A stretch of 64,000 bases of DNA, taken from NCBI RefSeq assembly GCF_000143415.4, contig NW_003314268.1, forward strand, positions 1,286,672 to 1,350,671, in the 5' to 3' direction. The notes beneath the pieces are model-generated. The model saw nothing but the letters and a program-made list of their open reading frames with translations, searched no databases and had not been told where the DNA came from. The position numbers and the translations under genes are program-made. Of the stretch, positions 47,024 to 58,678 are shown piece by piece. Numbering within the stretch: the stretch's first letter is position 1; each line of letters opens with the position of its first letter. This DNA comes from Selaginella moellendorffii. Its lineage: Eukaryota; Plantae; Lycopodiophyta.

Positions 47024-47531
47024 TGTAAGCAACTAAAGAGAACGACTCGAGAGACGATCCATAGAGGTTCAAATATAAAAGGAAAGGGCCTATGAACAAG
47101 AGTGCACCCCTTTTTCTAATCGGTTAAGGGTCTTGGGATATTTGGGGTTAAGCGTCTTTGGGTTTGAATAGTACTGGGCTGGGTGACCTCCTGGGAAGTC
47201 CAAAGTCAGGGGCTTACATTTGGTATCGGAGCGGTCTCGGGTCCGACTCTATTGATTGGCTAGGGGAATCACACCACATGTTGATTGACATCTGGCTGGT
47301 TCAGTTTGCTCCTGCTAGGCTCGACCCGAGGGGTAGGGTGTCAAGAGAGCAGGGCTCTCGGGAGAGTTGTGGCTCTCAGCTTCCGTTCATGAGGACGTGA
47401 ACTTGCAGGGAAGCGTGGTGGATTGTAAGCAACCAAAGAGAACGACTCGAGAGACAATCCATAGGGTGAACAAGAGTGCACCCCTTTTTCCAATCGCTTA
47501 AGGGTCTTGGGATATTTGGGGTTAAACATCC
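47024..47531 (+). mobile_element. Cassandra-like TRIM, inner copy inserted in opposite orientation; 3' LTR truncated
   Basis: 5' LTR 47024-47218 (TGTAAGC..GCTTACA); PBS TGGTATCGGAGC at 47221; PPT GGGAAGCGTGGTGGAT; 3' LTR from 47424. Confidence 0.88.
47147..47201 (+). promoter_or_regulatory. 5S rRNA-derived Pol III internal control region (A box, IE, C box) within the LTR
   Basis: GTTAAGCGT..TTGGG..AGTACTGGGCTGGGTGACCTCCTGGGAAGTCC matches the central part of plant 5S rRNA; mirror copy at 46537-46591 on minus. Confidence 0.85.
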
Positions 47532-49439
47532 TCCTCTATGGATCGTCTCTCGAGTCGTTCCCTTTGGTTGCTTATAGTCTGCCTCATCTCATGCACCATA
47601 TATATGACTATTGCCATAAAGAATGAAGACTAGTTCTATTGCACGACGCAAATGTAAATAGCAACGTGTTGTAATAGGTCAAGCAATAGAAGATAAACTC
47701 GAACCTGTATCAACCAATACAGAGAGAATAATAAAAGACCTCTTATTATAAAAATGAGCTTGGAAAGTAAACACTAGATGAACTCGTGCCAAGTGAACCC
47801 CTTAATGATACTCTTGAAAGAAAGATAGAACGATCATTAACTTATTTATGCAAGGTCCCTACATTACTCATATGACTCCTTATTTCCCATATGCATCTTG
47901 GTGTCCAGACTTTCTACCGTAGTATCACCAATAGGACGTTGTTAACACTAAGGTCTCCACCCAGGAAATGGAGGCTGCCAATCTGGAAAATGCCAACAAT
48001 GCTGATAAGTGTGACTAACTTCATCACATGCCCAACAGTGAACATCATGGCCATGACCATATCCTCGCCCTTGTCCTTAAACTCAAGTAGCAGTAACATC
48101 AACTTCCATTAGAACAAAACCATCTCCCACAAGAAGTAAAGTTAAAGGATGTGCAACAAGAAGTGGAAGAAGCAACATCTCATAACGTTATGCTAAGTGA
48201 AGGGCATCGTCAAGGGTGGCTGGAGCAAATGCATACACAAGTCCTACAAAATCTTGACAAAGTGTTGGCCATAACATTTCTAGCTTGATCCGCTTTAACT
48301 TATTTGGCTCCGCACAAAGCAAGAGGCTTTGGAAATGAATACCAAATTGCATCACTGACTCAGATGGCTCTTGACGAAGACAATACAATTGTTGAAAGGC
48401 ATCATCAAAATCGTCGGCATGTTCAAATGCGTGTTTGAAGACATCCAAGAGAATACTCCAGTCCCTATGAATGGCTGTACTCAAACCATTATACCACTGC
48501 AACACCATCCTTTGGAGACACATGGGAAACTCACGCAAACGTTGAGCATCATCTTAAGAATGATATGTGGTAATCACTATGAAATGATCAAATCAATGGT
48601 ACACATCATCCCTAAGATTCCCACGAAAGAACTCCAACTGAATGCAAGGACTGGCACCAAGAGTAAGAGGAGATGTACCATATGTTGTGAATGCCACTAG
48701 CAATTAAGTTTGGTTGTTCAATTGCAATCGCATAACATTGAGCAATCGCACCAATTGCTGCTCCATAGTCAAAGGAGGAAATTGCTACTTTGCCATAAAG
48801 ATGAATGAAAAAGAAAAAGCAAAAGAAAAGAAATGTAAAAAAGCTAAAAGGAAAGGGAGATCTAGACAATGCAAAAGCTAAATCTAAACCAAAATCCCAA
48901 AAGGAAATAACAAAAGAAAGGAAATGGAAAGGGCTAGATTTAGACAATGCAAAAGTTAAATCTAAGCCAAAATCCCAAATCTAAGCACTCTTTACAAACA
49001 ATCACAAATGCCCTTCACCTCCACCAATGTGAGTGTATGGGATATGAAAAGGGAATATAGAAAATGTGCATATCAATTAGCCCAAAAATCCTATAAGAGT
49101 GAGTGGTCTGAATTGAAACTAATTCGACAGCTACTATGCTAATATTAATGTATGGTATTGTAGCAGTACACTTGGATTTCACAATAGTATTGATAATTTT
49201 AGTGATAATATTATAATACAATATTAAAATTATATTAATTCTTTGTAGGAATTTCTAACAATTGAGAAGGATGTTTATAAAGATTTAAGTAGTAGAAATG
49301 GGAGCCTGGCAATTCATAGCCAAAACCATATACTAGTGGCAAGATTGAAGCCATAGCAAATAGCAACAATGTGTGTAAGTAAGGCTAAGACCAAAAACCA
49401 ATTTTGGGAAATGATTAATTTTTTCATTCTATTTTAATC

Positions 49440-52000
49440 ACTTGACAACTTGGAAAAGTCTTACTCACAACCTCCATAAGTCTTATTCTCAATTTAAAGA
49501 CTTGTTAGCCTTGTGAATGGCCTTTATGCCACTCTATTTTTACACTTGGTTCAAGTGCTCCATATGTTTAATCTTACTATAGACACCCAAAGGTACCACT
49601 AATGGTCATCCCATAACCATATCTTAGCATCCTTAATATGCCTAGAGATATGAAGAACACCCTTCCCCAATATCATTTCTTTAGTCCCCACTAAGTCTTT
49701 CTCCATCCATAGCAAGGCCATCAACATTGCTATTGAATGAGGGCTTGAAAACCCAACCATTAAGTCCTATTGACTTCTAAAACTTCCTTACCATATGATT
49801 ATACTTTTGGCCATTATGCAAGAGGATTGTTCTTCTTCCTTTCCACAATTTAAAACTTTAGGATAATATTTTGAAACATTGTGGCCTTATACAAGCCTTA
49901 TGGGTACTCTTCTTGGTTAGAGTGAGGTTTTGATAAATTATGCAAGGTATTTAAGTAAGTAATGCCACCCACACTTGGATTGTGAGCATTAACTATTTAA
50001 TCTCTCGAAAGAGTTAGAGTTAGCTTTTGAACACTTTACCAAGTTACCCCATTTGTCCATCTGTATTCACTCTAGCCTTGGACTCCTTAGTGGTTATATC
50101 AACTTACCATATGGGTATAATCTTCCTTGGTCACACTAGCCTTTCCTTATCAAACTAGTTCTACTAGAGTCCTCCCTCTACTATCCTATAGGGACTCACT
50201 AAACCCCTAGGGTTTGGGAGATGATCGCTTTAGAATTTCACTTTTGGACTTGGACTTAGACTCAGATTCAAACTCTGACTTGGTCTTAGACTTGGACTCA
50301 GTCTTGGTCTCGGTCTCAGTCTCAATCTCAATCTCGGTCTCAGTCTCAAACTCCTTTTTGGACTCCATCTTAAACTCCATTTTGGACTCCATTTTGAACT
50401 CCTTCTTGAATTTCATCTTGGATTCTTTTTAGATTCCATTTCAGATTCCATCTCAAACTCCATCTCAAACTCTATCTTAGATTCCATCTTGGACTCCATT
50501 TAAAACTCTTTTTCGGACTTTATCTCAGACTCCTTTGTAAGTGACTAGATTTTCCATTCTACTTTAGTCACTTAACCACACCTTCCACCATTTGGAGGAG
50601 TCTCACTCACAACCTCCATAAGTCCTATTTTGGACTTAGGGACTTGCTAGCCTCAAGAATGGCATCCATGCCACTCAACCATTGCACTTGGTCCAGTGCT
50701 CCACATGTCCGATCCCATGACCCACACCCCAAGGTACCATCGACATATCAGCCTGTTATGCTAAGGCCATGCCCATTCACCTTGGTCATACCGGTGATCT
50801 GACACTATTGACATCACAGTCCCATCTTTCAAAAACTGAGTCATCCGTCCATGAGTGATCATCCTAGATCCACTCCTTAGCATCCTTAGGATGCCTACAA
50901 ACATGGGGAATAGCCTTCCCCAATATCCCTTTTCCGGTCCCCACCAAGTCCCTTTCTGCCCATAGCCGTGTTCGCCAATACTACCATTGGATCGAGGCCC
51001 ACAGGCTTGACCACTAAGTCCCACGGTCCTCTGAGACTTCCTCACCACCCGACTGTATCCTTGGTTACTACACTAAAGGACTATTCCTCTTCCTTTCCAC
51101 AGTCTAGGTATTTAGGACAACATTTCGGAACATTGTGGCCCTATGCGAGCCTCATAAGTACTCTCCCCACCTTCCACTTTTGGGTGCTCTAGCCATGGGC
51201 TTAGAGCAAGGTTCCGTTGAGCCACACCAGGTATCCAAGTAGGTAGTGCCACCCACACTTGGATTGTGAACATCGACCATTCGATCTCCCGGGGGAATTA
51301 GAGCTGGCTCTTGAACATTTCACCAAGCTACCCCGCTTGTTAGTTCGTATTCACTCTAGCTTTGGACTTCCCAGTGGTTATCCCATCACTCAACACCTAG
51401 GTACAGCCTTTCCTGGGACAAACTGGCCTTTCCTGGCCAAACTGGCTCCACTGGAGTCCTCCCCCTACTATACTTTTGGAGCTTGCCAAACCCCCTAGGG
51501 TCTGGGAGACGAACGCTTTGGGCTTTCACCCCCTCAGACTCAAACTCAGACTCGGACTTGAACTTGGACTTAGACTCAGACTCAAACTCGGACTCGAACT
51601 CGAACTTGGGCTCAATCTTGGCCTTGGCCTCGGTCTCAGTCTCGGTCCCGGTCCCGGTCTCAGTCTCGGTCCTGGTCTCGGTCTCGATCTCGACTTTGGA
51701 CTCCATCTCGGGTCCTTCTCGGACTCCATCTCGGACTCCATCTTGGACTCCATCTCGAGTCCATCTCGGACTCCATCTTGGGTCCATCTCGGGTCCATCT
51801 TGGACTCCATCTCGGATTCCATCTCGGGTCCATCTCGGACTCTATCTCGGACTCCATCTTGGGTCCATCTCGGACTCCATCTCGAGCCCATCTTGGGTCC
51901 ATTTCGGACTACATCTTGGACTCCATCTCGGGTCCATTTCAGGTCCATCTCAGACTCTATCTTGAACTCCATCTCGGGTCTATCTTGGGTCCATCTCGTG
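49440..52000 (-). mobile_element. Two tandem LTR-plus-repeat units (older ~49440-50535; younger ~50580-52000) of the TGAAAGCCCAAAG family
   Basis: ctcacaacctccataagtc at ~49464 and ~50606 with colinear similarity after it; LTR start at 51528 on minus, preceded by GAGGGGG. Confidence 0.7.
51535..51995. repeat. 6/12-bp tandem array (ggactccatctc); decayed copy at 50245-50530
   Basis: Direct reading. Confidence 0.9.
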
Positions 52001-53301
52001 TCCCTTTTCTAGAGACTCACTTATTGCTTGCTTTGTGCTTGTTCCTCGAGCACGTTGTTAGGAGTTCCACTCTCGCTCTTGACCTTTCAAGTCAGAGCTT
52101 TTAGTCCAAATGTGTTATGCTCGTTTGGCTTTCGCTTTGACAACTACCATGTGGCACTCTTTCGGCTCTACTTTGGGGCTTAGGGATTTTGTGTTTTACA
52201 ACTCCACCACCCATAGACAAAGTTCGATGTCCTCATCGAACGATAAACTATTTTATAAAGTAATACCAACATGTATTACCCTTTCCATTCTTGGCACTTC
52301 GCCAATATTCGTCAATGGTCTGATACCAAAAGCTTACCATGCCTTGCCCATCCTTTAAAGAGCATAGTCTCTCCAACTTAAAGATTAGTTGGACCACTTG
52401 TGGTGGTTTTTGGTTTAGTTCTTGCTAACTTGTTAGAGACACCGTCTCTATCTCAATCCTACTATTCCTTCTCGAGTAGTCTTAGTTTGCATCTGTCGCG
52501 AATGTGACTTCGGGTATCAAAAGTTACCTGTCGACCAGTCCTTATGGACACTCTTTCCTTACTGCCACGATGGCAGGAGGTCGGTATTGCTGGACCCTTT
52601 ATTAGTCCCTCTTGTTCAAGTGTTAGTAAACTGGGCTTAGCATCTGTACTTGGCCGGATGAGCATAAGGAAGGAATTCCTAAGTGTCTATTTAGCTGAGC
52701 ATACTCAGCCCGGCTTTTTAGTTCTCTTTTGCTCTGTCTTGCACTGGCTTGACAAGAACCCTCACGTATTGAGATTGGTCCCTCAATATTGTCAGGAATC
52801 CCCCAATTCTTGCCACATTCCTGACTCTCGCCGAATTCCTGACCTGCAGACCACATTCCTGACTCTCAAGACACTTCCCTATTCCTGACTCTCGAGACAC
52901 TTCCCGATTCCTGAGTCTCGAGACACTTCCCGATTCCTGAGTCTCGAGACACTTCCCGATTCCTGAGTCTCGAGCCACATTCCTGATGATGATGTGGCGC
53001 CTCCTCGACCTCAGCTGTATTTAGGCTGTCCTCGATCCAAGAGTGGTGGAGCTTCATCAACCTATAGTATATATAGGTTAGCCTTGTTCCATTTCTCCAC
53101 AATCTGAATCAACACCAGTCTAAGGCTTCTTCTTTGTTTTCACTAGCTTTTTCTCTTTGTCTTTAGCATTTTCCAGTCTTGATCTTGTTGGGGGTCTTGA
53201 CAGTTTGATTCAGATTGTGGTTTTTTGCTTTTCTTTTAGCTCGTTTTGATTATTTGATTGCCTTTGTCTTTTTCCCCCTTTTCTTTTCTTTCTTCTTGCC
53301 A

Positions 53302-54273
53302 ATGGAGTCTCCAAGCCATCCTGATTTCTTTGCCGAAGTCCTTGCAAAAATCCAGTCTGAGAATACCGAGCTGAAGGGGACCCTTCTTCGCATGCAGCAG
53401 GAGCTTGCTTTACTTTCGGCTCAAGGATCCAGCAAAGTTCCTGAACCGAAGGTGAGTTTCCCGGCGATATTTTCAGGCAAGCGTTCGGAGCTTCGTGGAT
53501 TTTTGAACCAAATGGAGCTGATCTTTGCACTTCAACATCGGCGGTACCCCACTCCCGAGTCTCAAATTGGCACGATTGGGACGTTGCTCGAGGGTGCAGC
53601 TTTGTCATGGTTTTCTCCTCTACTGGAGAAGAGCATGAAAGGGGTCGTGGTTCCGGAGCTGACGGATCTTCAATTGTTCAAAGAGAAGCTCGAAGCATGT
53701 TTTGGCGAGACGGATCGGGTTCGGGCTGCTACCACAAAGATGAGACGTCTCTCTCAGGGGTCTCGTCCTGCCTCGATCTACGCTGCAGAGTTCCAACTCC
53801 TTGCCTTGGACACTCAGTGGGATGAGCGGGCCCTGATTGACCAATTTCGTTTCGGCCTCAACAACGGTGTCAAGGATTTGTTGCTCACCATGGAGGATCC
53901 CAAGGACCTGTCGGACGCCATCAACAAAGCTGTTCGATGTGACAATCGTCTCTTTGAACGTCGTCAGGAAAGTCGCCGCGCCGCTGTTTTTCCGTCCCAG
54001 ACTCAGGAATCCCAGCTTGAGTCTTCGGGGCATAGTCCTGAACCTACTACTCCGGTCCCGATGGATATTTCTGGTACTCCTCGACTCATTAGAGGGAAGT
54101 TGAGTCCTGCTGAGAGGCAACGTCGAATATCTCATAATCTTTGCCTCTACTGTGCTGATCCTAATCACAAAGCAGCTGTGTGTCCCAGGAAGCCTCCCCG
54201 ATTGCTCGAGTTCACTCTGCCTCAAAGTCCACTTCTGTTGCAGTCGGGAAACGACCCTGTCCAAACAGAGTAG
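53302..54273 (+). CDS. gag: Gag with CCHC zinc knuckle
   Basis: EPKVSFPAIFSG, LLEGAALSW, LSQGSRPASIYAAEF, PVPMDI and CLYCADPNHKAAVC. Confidence 0.95.
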   Translation: MESPSHPDFFAEVLAKIQSENTELKGTLLRMQQELALLSAQGSSKVPEPKVSFPAIFSGKRSELRGFLNQMELIFALQHRRYPTPESQIGTIGTLLEGAALSWFSPLLEKSMKGVVVPELTDLQLFKEKLEACFGETDRVRAATTKMRRLSQGSRPASIYAAEFQLLALDTQWDERALIDQFRFGLNNGVKDLLLTMEDPKDLSDAINKAVRCDNRLFERRQESRRAAVFPSQTQESQLESSGHSPEPTTPVPMDISGTPRLIRGKLSPAERQRRISHNLCLYCADPNHKAAVCPRKPPRLLEFTLPQSPLLLQSGNDPVQTE

Positions 54274-57200
54274 GAGCTGTCTGTTTGGACTCCCCAAATA
54301 AAAATCACTTTTCTTCCTTATCAAGCTCCTCACCACCTTTCATCAAAGCCACCACCAATTCCCGCAACTTCCGCGTCCCATGTCTCCTTTCTTTCACCGG
54401 ACAATCAGGACTCAAGGCTTTGGCGCTACTGGACTCGGGTGCAACTTCCTGCTTCATGGACACGGACTTTGCTGCCCGATATCACGTTCCTCTTTCTCCT
54501 ACCATACGGGATCTAAGGGTTGAAGGCATCGGCGGGCATTTTGTGTCTCCATCTTCTGGACTTAGGGAAACGTTGCCCGTTCGAGTACACATCGGGTCCA
54601 CCGTCACCGATATCGCCTTCAACATCATCAACAGCAAGTCCTCTTCTGTGGTGCTCGGTCTTCCTTGGTTCCAACTACATCAGCCTCAGATTTGTTGGAA
54701 GGACTTACAGCTCATCTCTCCCACATCACCATCTCCCACGGCTTCCCCTGGTGTTCATCGAGTCCGAATCAGGAAAAGTTCCCTAAACTCAAGTCGGGGT
54801 TCTGTTCTTGACTCTACAAAGTTTTCATCCTCTTCTTTTTCCTCTCTTCCATCTTACACTAGACAGTATCCTCGTCTCATCATTCCATTTAGTCGTACCC
54901 CTTCTCCTATCTCCACAATCACTATGAAAGAACTCCTTCATGAAGAACCTCTTTTTCTTTTTGCTTTGCATGTTTCTCCTGTCAGTCTTCCTGAGAAGTA
55001 TCATGATTTTGGGGATGTGTTTGACAAGAAAAAAGCTAGTGTACTGCCTGTTCATCGGCCTTATGATTGTCCCATTGATTTACAGGAAGGAGCGTCACCT
55101 CCGTGGGGGCCTATCTACGGGTTATCCCCGTCCGAGCTTAAGGCCCTCAAAGAGTACGTGGATGAGAACCTTGCCTCGGGCTACATTCAGCATTCGCAGT
55201 CCCCGGCTGGAGCGCCTGTCTTCTTTGTCAAGAAGAAGGATGGGAGCTTGCGGCTAGTCATCGACTACCGAGGTTTGAACAAGGTGACTGTTCGGAACCG
55301 TTATCCGCTGCCCCTGATCTCGGACCTGTTGGAACGCCTCGGCGGTGCCCGCTTCTTCACCAAGATCGACCTCCGTGGAGCATACAACCTGATCCGGATC
55401 CGGCCTGGTGATGAATGGAAGACTGCGTTCCGAACCCGCTATGGCCACTTCGAGTACACTGTCATGCCATTTGGCTTGACAAATGCTCCCGCGGTTTTCC
55501 AACACATGGCGAACGACGTTTTTCGGGAGTTTCTTGATCAGATGGTGATCGTCTACCTCGATGACATCCTCATCTACTCAAAAACTCAGGAGGAGCATGA
55601 CGAACATGTTCGCAAGGTGCTAGCGAAGCTGCGAGAACACGGCCTATACGCGAAGCTTGAGAAATGTTCCTTTGATCAGCAGTCTGTGGAGTTCCTTGGG
55701 TACATTGTCACTCCTGAGGGTATCACGATGGATCCTGCTAAAGTCAAGACTATTCTCGAATGGGAGCCTCCACAATCCATGTCGGACGTTCAGGTTTTTC
55801 TTGGCTTCGCCAACTTCTACCGCAAATTCATTGATCACTACTCTGACATTGTCCTTCCTCTCACACGTCTCACTCGCAAGGATGTTCCCTTCTCTTGGTC
55901 TGCTGCTGCCCAGCAGGCCTTCGACACACTCAAGGCGGCCTTCAGTTATGCTCCTGTCTTGATCCATGCTGATTCCTCACAACCTTTCTTCATCGAGGCT
56001 GATGCCTCCGACTTTGCCATTGGTGCTGTGTTGTCTCAACTCGGAGCGGATCACGAACTTCATCCGGTCGCTTTCCATTCTCGGAAATTCCAGCCTGCGG
56101 AGATCAATTACGAAATCCACGACAAGGAGCTCCTTGCCATCGTGGATTCCTTTGGAGAGTGGCGCCGTTTCTTGGAGGGGGCGAGCCATCAAACAACAGT
56201 CTGGACGGATCACAAAAATCTCGAGTACTTTGCCACTTCCCGAGTTTTAAGCCGTCGTCAAGCAAGGTGGGCACAATTCCTGAGTCGGTTTGACTTTGTT
56301 ATCAAGTACAGACCTGGAAAGTTTCAAGGCCTTCCTGATGCTCTTTCAAGGCGCTCCTATCTCAGTCTCAGGCCTGGTAATCCTGCCTTCGATCAACAGG
56401 ATCAAGTTATCCTCGGTCCTGATCGGCTTCAAGTTATGGCAATTTCCCTGGCCCCTCAGGACTCCTCCTTGATGGATGCAATCAGAAACGATCTTCAATC
56501 CGATGATCTTGCTAGCGACATTTTCCCCCATCTTCAGGCTGGACACCCAGTGACTCCCGACTGCCGGCGATTTGACGAGTTCGAGTTCTTAGATGGCTTA
56601 TTGTACCGTGGGGAGCAGCTTTACGTTCCTGAAGGTGATGCTCGAAGGTTGGTCCTGATGGCGTGCCACGATAGCCCGACTGCTGGTCACTTCGGCATTG
56701 CGAAAACCTATGAGCTAGTTGCACGGGACTTTTGGTGGCCTCACATGGACGACTACATCAAAGCTTTTGTTACCTCCTGTGACACTTGTGCCCGGAATAA
56801 GGTACCTCACCACCTTCCTTCAGGTTTGGTTCGTTCCCTTCCGGTCCCTTCAGGTCCTTGGGAATCCATCTCCATGGATTTCTTGAGTGATCTTCCGAGT
56901 TCTGGAGGCTTCAACAGCATTTTAGTCGTGGTGGATCGCTTCACAAAGATGGCGCACTTCTTGCCATGTACCAAGGAGTTTTCGAGCGAGGACATGGCAA
57001 AACTGGTATTCAGGGAAATTTTCCGACTTCATGGGATTCCTACAGATGTGGTTTTGGATCGGGGGCCTTAGTTCATCTCTCATTTCTGGCAACGGTTTTT
57101 GCAGCTCCTTGGAGTGAAGGCCAACCTCTCTTCGGCATATCATCCTCAAACTGATGGGCAGTCCGAGCGAACGATTCAGACGTTGGAACAATTCTTGAGG

Positions 57201-58019
57201 TGTTTCATCAACTATCATCAGGATAACTGGTTCGATATCCTTCCCCTTGCTGAGTTTTCCTATAACAACTCTGTTCACTCCTCTCTTCGAGTTTCCCCCT
57301 TCTTTGCGAACTCTGGCCGAAATCCCCGATTCAATCTCTCACTTCCTTCTCCATCTGAATCCTCTCGTTCAAATCCCCGCTCTGAGGCATTTATCTCCAA
57401 CCTCCAGGAAATCCACAACTCCATCTCCTTCCACCTCCATCGTGCTCAGGAATCTCATAAAACATTTGCCAATGTCCATCGTCAGGATTGTCCCCCTTAC
57501 AATATCGGGGATAAAGTCTGGCTCCTCAGGCGAAATATCTCCACCACCAGGCCCTGTCCAAAGCTTGATTTCAAACGCCTTGGTCCTTTCCCTATCACTG
57601 CCATCATTAATCCTGTCACTTATCGCCTTGCACTTCCCTCCTCATATCAAATTCACCCCGTTTTTCACTCCTCTCTCCTTGAGCCTTATATTCCCAGTCC
57701 TATTCCAAATCGGGTCATTCCTCCGCCTCCACCAGTGCAGCTCGAGGATGGGTCTGAGTACGAGGTTCAAGACATCCTTGATTCCAAGATTTCACGGTCT
57801 AAACTCTACTATCTAGTGGACTGGAAGGGTTACGGACTTGAGGAACGCACTTGGGAACCTGCGGACAACCTGATTCATTCTCCTGACCTTGTTCAGGACT
57901 TCCACCGCCGCTATCCTTCTCGTCCCAGTCCTCATTTTTTTTCTCCCTCTCCCATCCCTCGCCGCTCATCTCATCCTCCTCTTCATTCTCGTTCACATCC
58001 TCGTTCCACTCGTTCTTGA
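54252..58019 (+). pseudogene. pol: Pol (protease-RT-RNase H-integrase-chromodomain) in the -1 frame, with one in-frame TAG at 57069-57071
   Basis: ALLDSGA, YLDD, ADASD, HHCC, SMDF..DRGP*F..ERT, GPF and chromodomain EYEVQDIL..YLVDWKGYG..TWEP; the same frame continues after the stop. Confidence 0.93.
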
Positions 58020-58678
58020 GGAGGGGGTGCTGTCAGGAATCCCCCAATTCTTGCCACATTCCTGACTCTCGCCGGATTCCTGACCTGCAGACCACATTCC
58101 TGACTCTCAAGACACTTCCCTATTCCTGACTCTTGAGACACTTCCCAATTCCTGAGTCTCGAGACACTTCCCGATTCCTGAGTCTCGAGACACTTCCCGA
58201 TTCCTGAGTCTCGAGCCACATTCCTGATGATGATGTGGCGCCTCCTCGACCTCAGCTGTATTTAGGCCGTCCTCGATCCAAGAGTGGTGGAGCTTCATCA
58301 ACCTATAGTATATATAGGTTAGCCTTGTTCCATTTCTCCACAATCTGAATCAACACCAGTCTAAGGCTTCTTCTTTGTTTTCACTAGCTTTTTCTCTTTG
58401 TCTTTAGCATTTTCCAGTCTTGATCTTGTTGGGGGTCTTGACAAATATTGCTGGATGATAGCTTACCGTGTCTGCAAAACACCCTCGCTATCATGCCCTT
58501 TGTGTTAGTCTCATTTCGGTCCCAAATGCTCTTTTGGCATATTTACAGAATGTAGAGATCGGCCTGAACACAATGGTGTTCGTCCCGTATCCAAATTCGC
58601 AATCTAAGGACATTCCATATTTAGTAAGTTTCGAGCTTGTCCCAGAGACTAACTCCTGATACTAAGGGAGGCTTGGGG

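Larger units (their letters stand above)
46518..47576 (-). mobile_element. Cassandra-like TRIM (5S rRNA-derived LTR), outer copy
   Basis: 3' LTR ~46518-46714 with the reverse complement of the 5S internal promoter region; PPT 46715-46730; PBS (rc TGGTATCAGAGC) 46990-47001; 5' LTR split into ~47004-47023 and ~47532-47576; near-TSD GTCCG/GTCTG. Confidence 0.85.
43250..48760 (-). mobile_element. Old decayed Ty3/Gypsy element (gag ~48190-48700, protease ~46450-47790, RT/RNase H ~45650-46190 and 43250-43870) interrupted by younger insertions
   Basis: gag LQWYNGL..LRQEPSESVMQF; protease LVDTGS; [32 protein letters not shown] and FIDD; RNase H PFILHVD; many stops. Confidence 0.85.
52790..58443 (+). 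mobile_element. Full-length Ty3/Gypsy chromovirus (Tcn1/Tf1-sushi-like), 413-bp LTRs, TSD AATAT
   Basis: LTRs at 52790-53202 and 58031-58443 (TG..CA, about 4 transitions apart by eye); TSD at 52785-52789 and 58444-58448; PPT at 58018-58027; gag, PR-RT-RH-INT-chromodomain order. Confidence 0.98.

Noticed and set aside
46537-47201. 5S rRNA genes
   Set aside because: Only ~55 nt of the internal promoter region, embedded in LTRs; no 5S 5' or 3' ends.
51386-52104. Multiple ORFs of 100-180 aa (also 45310-45618 and 50207-50432)
   Set aside because: Translations of 6/12-bp tandem repeats.
52845-52985. Regular ~23-bp repeats in the chromovirus LTRs that superficially resemble a CRISPR array
   Set aside because: Head-to-tail tandem units with no unique spacers, inside U3 of both LTRs, in a eukaryotic context.
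57069-57071. Programmed stop-codon readthrough in the integrase
   Set aside because: It falls in the conserved DRGPQF core; a single CAG>TAG mutation is the simpler explanation.
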